Source: Catajapyx aquilonaris (lineage: Eukaryota). From it: DNA of 20,000 nt. Under the pieces are notes generated by a model that did no database searches, was not told where the DNA came from, and saw only the letters and a list, made by a program, of their open reading frames with translations. Positions within the stretch are counted from its first letter, which is position 1; each line of letters starts with the position of its first letter. Positions 10,991-20,000 of this stretch are shown here, piece by piece. The stretch is from NCBI GenBank assembly GCA_000934665.2, contig JYFJ02001961.1:45588-65587 (forward strand), written 5' to 3'. The position numbers and the translations under genes were made by a program.

Positions 10991-11169
10991 AACACGTACC
11001 ATACACTAGATTGGGTGTTCCTAAACTGAATTGGCCGAATTACCGACGATAATAAATCGGGCATTGTAGCCTCAAAGGCCTGACCAAAAAAAAACAACAT
11101 TTGCCATATTGGATTTGTAGCAATAACCAAATATTTTTATGGAAGCTGTCACTCCACGAAGAACTGTCT

Positions 11170-11343
11170 ATGTTTGTCACTGAAGGTTCCTAAATGTCCA
11201 ACATATTAGGGTGTCCAACTTCACATGTTTCACTGTATATGCAAGATATCTGACCAAAGTATCCGGCATGTTGGACACTGAAGGTTACAAAAATGTCCAA
11301 TATATTAGGGTGTCCAACTTCACATATATGCAAGTATCTGGCA
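11170..11343. repeat. Two-copy tandem duplication, 98-bp period
   Basis: CACTGAAGGTT...AAATGTCCAA.ATATTAGGGTGTCCAACTTCACAT starts at 11178 and again at 11276. The second copy has two short internal deletions. Confidence 0.9.
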
Positions 11344-12786
11344 GACTTGAAATGCGGCATTCTATAGCCACAGATAGCCAAAATTCAGAAAAGTCTAGTT
11401 GGGCAGACTATAGTATAAAGAACGTGGCAGTTCTGGCGATTCCGAAAGAAAGCCATTGAGAAACAAGGAGGGCAGTTAATGGGGGTAAAGATGACAAATC
11501 AGAGGAATGGAGCCGGGAAAGGGAGGGAAATGGACAAAGAGGGGACGGATCGATAGCCTTAATCTAATGCAGTCGATACTGTATGATAAGCAGAGGGGAA
11601 GGAAGGAAGAGCGTGTTTGCGCCATTTCTTTGTGGCACTCCCTTATTTATATGCAGCCAGGTCACTTCCTGCGTCCCTATAAACCACTGCCTGCCAATAC
11701 TAGCTTGCTCTCATAATTTTCCTAATCTTGTCCAGTATTCCAGCCAGCGTCTATATAGAGAGGGGACATGGTGCGTTAAAAGTGCGTCTTTCAGGCAGGT
11801 ATGGAGGAAGCGGATGGGGCTGTCGGAGGAAAGCTGGTTATAGGCCTAGACTGTCCCAATTTATGACCGGCGCTGGGGTAGCCTATCAAGGAAGGAAGGC
11901 AGCCAAGAAGAGATTGCCGCGAATATGTCAGGGGTTTGAAGCGCAAGTGAATCCTAGATGATGGAAAGGGGCCTCCCTCGTCGCATAAAGGCCCCACTGG
12001 CATCCTTCACCCATCCAGCTCTTGCCATGGAAAGAGGGAAGGAGGGAGGGAACAAGAAAGTAATAATAAAAAATAAGAGAGCGAAGGAGATAGAAAAGAG
12101 AGAAGGAGAGGAGCAAGATCTAATGGGAAGGGCCCATTTGGTATTCCGGGCGCCTCATCCCAGAAGCCCTACCACCCGCCTGGAAGATTTTTTCACAAGC
12201 CCTTCAAAGGCGCCTGACTGGATTTCTTTTCTCCGGATGGCATCTTACAGATGCTTCGCTTTTGATCTCCTTCAATTTCCTGATCGCACACCGGCCTGCC
12301 AACCACTTCGTGTCACTCACCATCACGCACCTTCAGCACCCTCCTTGCACTGGCTATCATGCGGTCCTTGGGTTTGTAATTGCCTTCGACTACATCGGAT
12401 GTTGCACTCAATTGCTTTAATTGTCGAGATTTAAGTCACTGATGCATGTAGCAGGTTCGTTAAACTATTGCGGGTAGGTCTCAATTAGGGTTATTTATTT
12501 TTCTTGGATAGCATACTGTGTAACATCATATTTTTTGTGCAAAAAATTCTCGTGGAGTGGAGTCATTCAGCTGGAGCGTGAAGTTCAGGGTATGGAAATA
12601 TCTGTGATTGAACTATTAAGAAATATATCGTATCTGCCACCAGAAGTTTTACACGTTTATAAGGTTCAAAAAGCAAACAGATAGAATTAATTCAATATAT
12701 AATTATAATATAATTAATCACATAAATTTTAAAACCTGTTTTTGCTTCGGCACAGTCGCTTCGGCGGTACATACATATATATATAT

Positions 12787-13670
12787 TAGGGTGGAGTGAA
12801 AAAAGTCAAATTTTTTTTTTCGGAAACGGGTACCCTTCAATGACTGTGTATGAGACCTAGTAACAATTCTGTAAAATTTTGAATTTTTACAACGTCATCT
12901 TGAGTCTGCACATTTGGCTTAAAGTTTGAAAATTTTTGAAATTTTTTATATTCTTACAAAAAAAATTAAGTTCTTGAAACAAAAAAAACCCTCCCGGGTA
13001 TAGTCACTAAATAGTTGAACAAGGCCTGAAATATAGACATGATTTTTTAAAACACTTTTAGGTGGTGGTTTCAGTCTGCACATGAGGCTTAAACTTATCC
13101 AAATATTCGTAAATGTCTGATATTTTTAACGTCTTATAACACAGCGCAACAAAAAAAACTTTCGGCGTATTACTCGGAAATCACTATGTAGATCATGTTA
13201 GTAGGACCCAAAGTAGCTGGGAAACGCCCGGGATTTCTGTCCCAAAATGTGCAGGGGGTCAGGGTGACCAAAAATCCGAAAAATTCAAAATATTGACGTT
13301 TTTTGGCCTATTTCCAGGTCTGGCAACCACTGTAAGTTTCGGATTTTATTTTTGCTGGAATTAGGTGTTACCTGGGTCTAGTCTGAAGCCACTATGGTGT
13401 TTAAAGTCAATCTTTTATAGAAACTGTGGTTTTCCAGGGTCCTTTTTATGGAAAAAAAATCCGTTTTTTGGTACTTTTACGTCAATTTTTGGGGAACAGT
13501 GTATGGACTTTTATTTTTTAAAAAAAGTGTAGCGTAATGGGCTCTTTAGAGACCCTACAATCAAGGTATAATGGTAGAACTTTCCTATGCAACCCTAGTA
13601 CGCATGTGCAAAAGCCTAATCTTGGGTAAAATCGCGCTTTTTCGCATTTTTGGTGATTTGACTTTTTTCA
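12787..13670. mobile_element. AT-rich non-autonomous DNA-transposon-like element with internal ~170-bp degenerate repeat
   Basis: Starts TAGGGTG right after a (TA)n run. It has a perfect 15-bp inverted pair, TGAAAAAAGTCAAAT (12797-12811) / ATTTGACTTTTTTCA (13656-13670), and the direct repeat AGTCTGCACAT..GGCTTAAA at 12903 and 13073. It is rich in A/T tracts. The right terminus and TSD are not resolved. Confidence 0.5.
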
Positions 13671-13770
13671 ACATTTAAAACCAAATATTCCTCGGCCTTA
13701 AAATAAATGAATTCTTCTTAGTCTAGCAAACTGTCAGGGATCCCCATAGTATGGAAAAAGACTACGATTT

Positions 13771-13835
13771 CCATAAGCAACCCATGTACGCGTGTATTTT
13801 TTTTGTACGCGTACGCGTACATGGGTTGCTTATGG
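13771..13835. repeat. Hairpin with perfect 23-bp inverted arms (possible mini-MITE)
   Basis: CCATAAGCAACCCATGTACGCGT (13771-13793) / ACGCGTACATGGGTTGCTTATGG (13813-13835), with a 19-bp T-rich spacer. Confidence 0.85.
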
Positions 13836-13876
13836 TGAGTATAATTATGATGAGTGTATATATTGTACGTACAGTA

Positions 13877-14023
13877 CTATGGGGCTCAATTGTTTTGGCC
13901 ACTTTATCCTGGCCTTGAAGCAACCCTTCACACACACACCCACACCTGCTCACCGTGCTGGGGCCTTTACGAAGGCTTGCTTCTAGACCAGGATAATGTG
14001 GCCAAAACAATTTGAGCCCCATA
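13877..14023. mobile_element. MITE, ~142-bp family, copy 1 (more diverged)
   Basis: TIRs CTATGGGGCTCAATTGTTTTGGCCAC... / ...GTGGCCAAAACAATTTGAGCCCCATA, flanked by TA on both sides. It differs from the copy at 15178-15319 by roughly 10 substitutions and 4 small indels. Confidence 0.9.
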
Positions 14024-14141
14024 TACGTACCTAGGTTTATTCTGCAAAAAGGACATGTAAATGCTTTATTGACACTTATTTTGAACATGCATAAGTCGCC
14101 CTTACTTTTACGGCAGTGAACATCGAAAGTTCCTTTATATA

Positions 14142-14244
14142 CCGTATTTACGCGCATATAAGACGCACACGCGTATAAGACGCACCCTACTTTTTGAGCT
14201 ATAAAAATCGGAAAAAGGTGCGTCTTATATGCGCGTAAATACGG
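14142..14244. mobile_element. 103-bp MITE, Tc1/mariner superfamily, Tc2-like termini
   Basis: Perfect 27-bp TIRs CCGTATTTACGCGCATATAAGACGCAC / GTGCGTCTTATATGCGCGTAAATACGG, TA on both sides (14140-14141, 14245-14246), and an internal direct repeat TATAAGACGCAC. CCGTA...TACGG ends with TA TSDs are characteristic of Tc2-group elements. Confidence 0.9.
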
Positions 14245-14414
14245 TATTTAAAAATGTTCCGACGTGCCCCACTTCATTTTATACAGTACCGTATCAAAAA
14301 CGTGGCATGCCTCCCGTTTAATTAATACAGTTATTGTACTGGTAATCTAAATTTGACATCTTTAGGCAGGAAAGACATCCTAGCAATCATATATGTTATA
14401 CTGTTATAGTAATC

Positions 14415-14415
<1 letters not shown>

Positions 14416-14449
<34 letters not shown>
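14416..14449. repeat. (ATT)11 microsatellite
   Basis: Read directly. Confidence 0.95.
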
Positions 14450-15177
14450 GAGATTGCATGTTTCCAACACTAATCTATAACAAGCCCCTTACTGACAGGT
14501 CCCCTCTTGGACACACCCCATATTGTACTAACACAGCATCCCGTGTATCATGTTCATACATACCAATTACGCTGCCCACTCGAGATGTCCATGGCTTTAA
14601 AGCCATCGTGCACGCAATGCTAATGAAGTCCAGACACTTTTGGCCTAGCCTACATTTCGATCCCCTCTTTTCTCTCCCCCTATACCCTCCCTTCGTGTGG
14701 TCGAGAAGGGGCAGGAAGAGGGGGATGATAGAATGAATATCCCGAGAAAATTCCTTAGTTGCACTCCACCCCTAACGCTATGCCACCCTTATCTGCTCAG
14801 CGTACAGATCGCCTTGTTTGTTCAACAGCACATGGCATGTTTAATGGCATCGCCTGTTTGCACTGTCTAAAGTCTCTTTTTGGTCTTTCCAGCTTCAACC
14901 CGGAATCATTACAGCGGATGAAGCCTCATTTGCATTCTTTACATTGCCTTTCTGGAGCTATACATCAAGTAAGTGGACATTGCGGTTCATGTAAGCTGGA
15001 CCTATAACTAGCCAGATTGGTCGATACCATGTTATTAAGATATCATGCAGCATTTTTATAGGACGAACAAAGGTTAGTGAGATTGTAATAGAGAAAGTGG
15101 GTATTGTACTTCAATGCGCGGAGCTGACATGACGCGGCGTTTCTGTCGTTCTGTATGCTGTGTACATTCCGAATGTA

Positions 15178-15319
15178 CTATGGGGCTCAAATTGTTTTGG
15201 CCACTTTATCCTGGTCTTGAAGCAACCCTTGACACACACACACCTGCTCAACGTGGAGCCTGTGCGAAGGGTAGCTTCAAGACCAGGATAAAGTGGCCAA
15301 AACAATTTGAGCCCCATAG
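15178..15319. mobile_element. MITE, 142-bp family, copy 2 (perfect TIRs)
   Basis: Perfect 46-bp TIRs (CTATGGGGCTCAAATTGTTTTGGCCACTTTATCCTGGTCTTGAAGC and its reverse complement), flanked by G-TA and TA-C. The mirror ORFs 15111..15329(-) and 15114..15326(+) share MGLKLFWPLYPGLEATL because of this symmetry. Confidence 0.92.
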
Positions 15320-16014
15320 TACGTAGCATAGAACGATATAGTCAGAAGCAACAGTCTTGATAAGTGAATGTGAATGTTGCTTACTGACATGAATCTGCAT
15401 GTATAGTCCGTGCATTCCAGATCTTTAATCTGATTCTTTGCGGGGCCAGCCAAGTGCGGATGATCTGCAGAAATCAGACATTGGTCTGGTGCATCCAGTT
15501 CCCCCACCTAACCCCGCCACCCCCGCCACCCACATCCTTCCTTTGACCGAGAAAAATGCGAGAGTCTATCTGTGTGTCCCCCTCTCTTCGGCCTTACTGC
15601 GGTTTATCGGGAGAATTGGGGATGCTGACCGCTCTCTTTGTTGAAAAGGCAACAGAGCAGAAGGAACAGAAGACTGCTGTCAGACGTGTTACCAAGTCAA
15701 CAAGATCTCATTCCGCCTTTCCCCTTGGATTCCCCCCCACCCGCCCCTCCTATCCCTCCTCGCCCTTCTACACTCCAACTTTGTCCAGTTCCAGCTTCAA
15801 GTCTGCTTCCAGAGAAGGGGAAGAGGAAGGAAACATTTCATTGGAAAATGCGAAACATGCCAGAAGTGCATCATGGTTCTTGTACTGCTGACTTTTTTCT
15901 GATAAATCCACCTCTGATACTTGTTGTATGTTGGACAGTCAGTCAATTGTCCTGCAGGTTGCGACTCAGGCCATATTGAGGACACGTCGTGTATATAGTG
16001 TGGGCAGATGACAT

Positions 16015-16031
16015 GGGGGGGGGGGGNGGGG
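16015..16031. repeat. Poly-G run containing an N (16027)
   Basis: Read directly. The N marks base-call or assembly uncertainty. Confidence 0.9.
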
Positions 16032-17966
16032 AAGCCGGGTAGGGGAAGAGTGGAAAGGCGGACGCAGCGGCAACATTGATGTGCAGCAATCTGTTTAATC
16101 GCTCCATTGGCCAAACGCAAAAGGGAAAGCAATCTCGGGCCGGCTCTTATCCGGCAGCCTGATCGGGCCCTTTGCACATCGATTAGCCCTCATTAGCATA
16201 CAAGGCCATTAACAGGCTCGTTTCAACCCGCCCCTGAATCGGATTTTCCTCCTGTTTCCCCCCACCCCTTCCGACTTCTAAGCCTCATCCCACAAATTAA
16301 TAATGTCACCAATCGCACTCTGCAAGGCGCTTTCATTGCGTGTCCTAACCGCCGACTCAAAAAGCAATCGGTCGTTGAGGTTGAGGATCATATTGTCCCT
16401 AGGAAGAGATGCAAGTGACCAGTTGGTGAGTTGTGGTTTCTTATGGGGAGTTGGAAAAGGTGATTAGGCTGGTTGCCAGAAGAAGGAAGACTGGTCTTCT
16501 CCCATCCCCTCCATCCCCCTACTGCTATCCTATTCTAAGTAGGTGGCAGGCCGGTACATCGATCGGGGGCGGCCAGTGGCCAAAGTCGACCCACTGGGTG
16601 GCCAGTCGCCTCCGCCGACAGATTAAGACCCATAAAAGCTGGCTGAAGAAGGCAGTGGTTACCATTCACGCTGTGTCAACTTATGCCAACCAGATTAATA
16701 CAGTGCGGATATTATCTGGAACGTTAATGAAAATAATTTCCGTTGTCAAAATCTCTCCAAATGTAAACTGGTATGACCCATGGCAATTCCTTTGTTGCTC
16801 TGATTGCTTCAATCGCCTCAAATCTTGGCAAACGTTGGAGTACCGACTATAGGCCTTGAAAAAACTATGTTCCACAAATTGCTATGTCAGCTATACACTA
16901 GCCCAATAAAGCACATTCAATGCTGTTCATTATAGGACCATATCGGACTGGCCTCTGTTTAGCCTTTATGAGGAGGTAGCTGGTCATTTGGTGGCCCTTC
17001 ATTTCCGACCCTAATCACTCCACATAATCTACGACTTTTTTGGAGGGGTGGACCGGGAGGGTTCTTCCTTCCTTCCTTCCTTTCCTGCCTTCCTTCTTTT
17101 CTATTCAGCCGGTACCAATTACTCATCCCCACCATCACTTGTCATCTAGCTCCCCCAAGAGGAACGTTGCTCCAAATTGCTGTCTCACACTCTCTCGCTC
17201 GCTCTTTCATTCTACAACCACCCCGCAACTTCTATAAAATAATCATATGTGCGATTTTTTTTTCTCGGATTTTGTGAACAACAGGAGCCTTCCAAAAAAA
17301 GATAATTGAATTGCTAGGAGAAAAGGCGGAGAAAGAATTAAGCGAGAGGCTGAGAAGAAGTGGGTTTGGAACGGCTCATTTGGCCAGACAGCCTCCAAAT
17401 TGGATGCAGCCGAGCATCCCATCCCATTACTTAGCGCCACCCACCCACCTATCCACCCGTACCTAACCTGACTACACTCCTGTGCACCTGCGTGGCTGGA
17501 CTGCTAGACTATCATGATTCAGTATGGACTAATCAAAAACGGGATTTTTGGCGATTATTTTTGGTACCCTACATAGCGACGTAGAGAATCCTTACAATAC
17601 AATGCAATATATAAAATGCGTCCTTGCTTATCTCCCTCCGGTATGAAAACAGGCTGGTCAAAGCTATTCCGATTCATGTCCATGTTGTTGTCGGAGTGAT
17701 CAGAAGTGCATTGGTCGGTCATCCGCGGGGAAGCCTTCTGCCCATCAAGTTAGAGGTGCATGTACAGGGTGTACTATCCTGTTCATATTGTCATTCTTTT
17801 TACTATTTACATACAGACGCTGCCATCCTACGAGACGATCGTCTGCCTGCCCCTTGCCCCATCGGACAACTAACACCGCTGGAAAGTAAGGTAGTGACCA
17901 CGGGTAGTGACAGACACGAGAAACGCCCCACTCGGACCCAACAATGGTCCAACAGAAAACACGTTC

Positions 17967-18067
17967 ATATTCACACACACTCGTCTTGTGAAGGGTTTGG
18001 TTCGGGGCATCAGTGAGTTGCGTTGATGCATAAAACGTCTCTCTTCACACGTGCTGTGTGTGAATAT
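17967..18067. other. Imperfect ~100-nt multi-stem hairpin (old foldback or structured RNA)
   Basis: Three nested stems: ATATTCACACACA (17967-17979) / TGTGTGTGAATAT (18055-18067); TGTGAAG (17987-17993) / CTTCACA (18043-18049); GCATCAGTG (18007-18015) / CGTTGATGC (18021-18029, with two G-T pairs). Confidence 0.6.
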
Positions 18068-18224
18068 TAATTTCACGTTTCCAGGTTTGTACCAATCGGC
18101 CAAGTCTTGCGGACAATAATATTATTGGTAGATAGGTTAGGAACAATTGTCCGTGCGATAGGCCTATTTGGCTTAAAGGCAGGTAGCTTCAATCAGGATC
18201 ATGCACACGGCGGCTATACACCGA

Positions 18225-18245
18225 GGGGGGGGGGGGGGNGGGGGG
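18225..18245. repeat. Poly-G run containing an N (18239)
   Basis: Read directly. Confidence 0.9.
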
Positions 18246-18701
18246 TGAATAAGCGCACACTTCCACCTGGAAAGTACTCGGGTCAAATGTCGGAGGATCG
18301 GTTTTGGTTTCCTCTCTAGTAGGCTACGACCGTCTGGTGAGATTGCTATTAATACCACTACGAGAAAAACGTATCGGCCAGTCTAATTGGAAATAGCATT
18401 CACTGTATTTTGTGAATTCGATTGCAATTGAATGGTCAGAGGGCTTTTCAGATTGCTGCGGTTGAAGTTCTGGCTGACGAGGCGAATATTCGCTTCGTGT
18501 TTCTAGGTTACGGGCTATTCGTCTCTCAGCTGAACACAAACTAGAAATAATGTGACAAAAGCCCTGTAACTAATAGTTGCAGCAATTGATGTTTGGACAT
18601 ATGAGGAGGTGAGGTGCAAAGTGATCTATCTCGAGATAAAGGCAATTATTAGGAGAGATGATTTTCTGCTGCTACAATTTCGCGTTACTCCAGGCGTTTT
18701 T

Positions 18702-19268
18702 CCAACAGTTATTGGAAAAATCGCGCAAGATGCTACTTTTTAAGCTGCTACTTGCTAAGAGTTACTTTCTCGAGTATTTGAAATAGCATCTGCTGATATA
18801 ATAGGAAATGTTTGTTGATTACAGTTGGGTGTTAATAAGGGGATGGAACATGGTTACTAGGGAAATGGAACAATGGAACGTGTGGTTGTTAGAGTGATGG
18901 GATGGAACAGGTATGAATCAACAAAGTCAACAAATGTTGCCAACAGAAATAAATAACAAGTAATAGGCCTTCTGGTCTGCACTGGGCTCCTATTCGGAGA
19001 GCAGCAGCCATGGCACCAGCTTGAATCACCAACTCAGAAATGTTCCAGATGGTGTTGCTCTTCGGTGTTTCCGGAGAGAACGCTGGAGAGACTGCCAGGG
19101 AGTTCCATTTCCCTAGTAACCATGTTCCATCCCCTTAACAACCAAATGTAATCAACAAACTTTTCCTATAATATCAGCAGGTGCTACTTCAGATACTCTA
19201 GAAAGTAACTCTTAGCAAGTAGCTGCTTAAAAAGTAGCAGCATGGGCGATTTTTCCAATAACTGTTGG
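18702..19268. mobile_element. Foldback element with ~170-bp inverted arms and 230-bp spacer
   Basis: 18702-18871 aligns to the reverse complement of 19102-19268 with about 12 substitutions and one 3-bp indel (hand alignment). ATGGAAC/GTTCCAT motifs are repeated near the inner arm ends. There is no TSD at these boundaries. Confidence 0.88.
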
Positions 19269-20000
19269 GGCCATAAAGTTGGATCACCCTGAATTATCAG
19301 TGCTCACCAGAGGATCATTTAGCAGCAAAAAATTATAAGAACATCAGCACTGAGTTATTGAAGGTTCTTTTTTTCAACATGCGTAGGTCACTTTGCAAAA
19401 TTTCGTCCAAGCTAGGTCATTCTGAAGAAATCACTTTCCATTTTCTTCCTGATATTTATACAAAACGAGCTGATTGGTCATCCACACCCCCAACATCTGT
19501 CTCCAGCAGTCACATTTTATTATGTTCCTCTTCATAATTGCCCACAAACACATCTCTGAAGTACTTTAAATCAATATTCTCCTCCCAAGCATTACCATAA
19601 TGGAGCACGAGTAACTTTTTATATCAGTGACTCAGTGAGCCCTGCATCACCCACCCTGCTCTTTTACAGCTTCTCTGCGGCACATTGCAGTTGTCCACCT
19701 TACCCCAGGCTTGGTTTATAGAACGGGAGTCATGTAGGTATTGACGTGATAATTGCTTTCTCCTCTGAAAAGTCAGTTCTGACCATTGCATTGCGACGCT
19801 TTTCTGTCTTCGTGATGTAAAGCCTTTTGCAGGCGCTAATTCTTGATGATTTGAGAGTTCATAAATCATAATCAGCAAGGTAATGACTGTTGCCTAAAAA
19901 GCGCTGAGATTTCTTCGATATATCATTAGACATCGACATTCCCATACCGTTGTTGTCGTAGAGACTCATCCACTTAGGGGTCGTCCATATACCACGTGAC

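Noticed and set aside
11170..11343. CRISPR-like array
   Set aside because: Only two units with no unique spacers, no cas genes, and a eukaryotic context.
11206..12792. TTAGGG hexamers as interstitial telomeric repeats
   Set aside because: Isolated single hexamers, never tandem.
14591..14606. 16-bp palindrome ATGGCTTTAAAGCCAT
   Set aside because: An 8-bp-arm palindrome is plausible by chance in 20 kb.
15176..15321. TACTATG...CATAGTA ends resembling the ProtoRAG/Transib heptamer CACTATG
   Set aside because: The ends lack the invariant CAC terminus and a 5-bp TSD; TA flanks fit Tc1/mariner better.
16015..18245. Poly-G runs as functional G-quadruplexes
   Set aside because: Both runs contain an N, so their length is unreliable, and nothing else supports function.
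18477..18498. 22-bp near-palindrome ACGAGGCGAATATTCGCTTCGT
   Set aside because: Short, one mismatch, and no TSD or other context.
328..19878. All ORFs in the six-frame track as protein-coding genes
   Set aside because: They are short (158 aa or less), overlap in several frames, are often low-complexity or derived from repeats, and show no recognisable domain or consistent exon structure. Small exons cannot be excluded without RNA data.

Overview
This window looks like non-coding eukaryotic, probably animal, genomic DNA. It is moderately AT-rich overall, CpG is not obviously depleted, and it has microsatellites and single Ns inside poly-G runs. That is compatible with an invertebrate such as a lancelet or other marine deuterostome, but the taxon is inference only. 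None of the listed ORFs resembles a protein I recognise, and I found no tRNA, rRNA or CRISPR array. The sequence does show a dense set of inverted-repeat, non-autonomous DNA-transposon-like elements of different ages: two adjacent PIF/Harbinger-like elements (8034-8514, 8522-9067), a perfect 58-bp palindrome (9715-9772), an AT-rich ~0.9-kb element (12787-13670), a 65-bp hairpin (13771-13835), two copies of a ~142-bp TA/GTAC-flanked MITE (13877-14023, 15178-15319), a Tc2-like MITE (14142-14244), a foldback element with ~170-bp arms (18702-19268), and decayed foldbacks (2802-2945, 6614-6815, 17967-18067). Between them lie GC-richer blocks with purine/pyrimidine tracts that look like cis-regulatory DNA, including a CCGGAW cluster; a perfect DR1 element lies at 7813-7825. 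I cannot support a new coding system. The most interesting signals are the apparent GTAC target preference, the spacer-less palindrome and the nested or duplicated TIR architectures.
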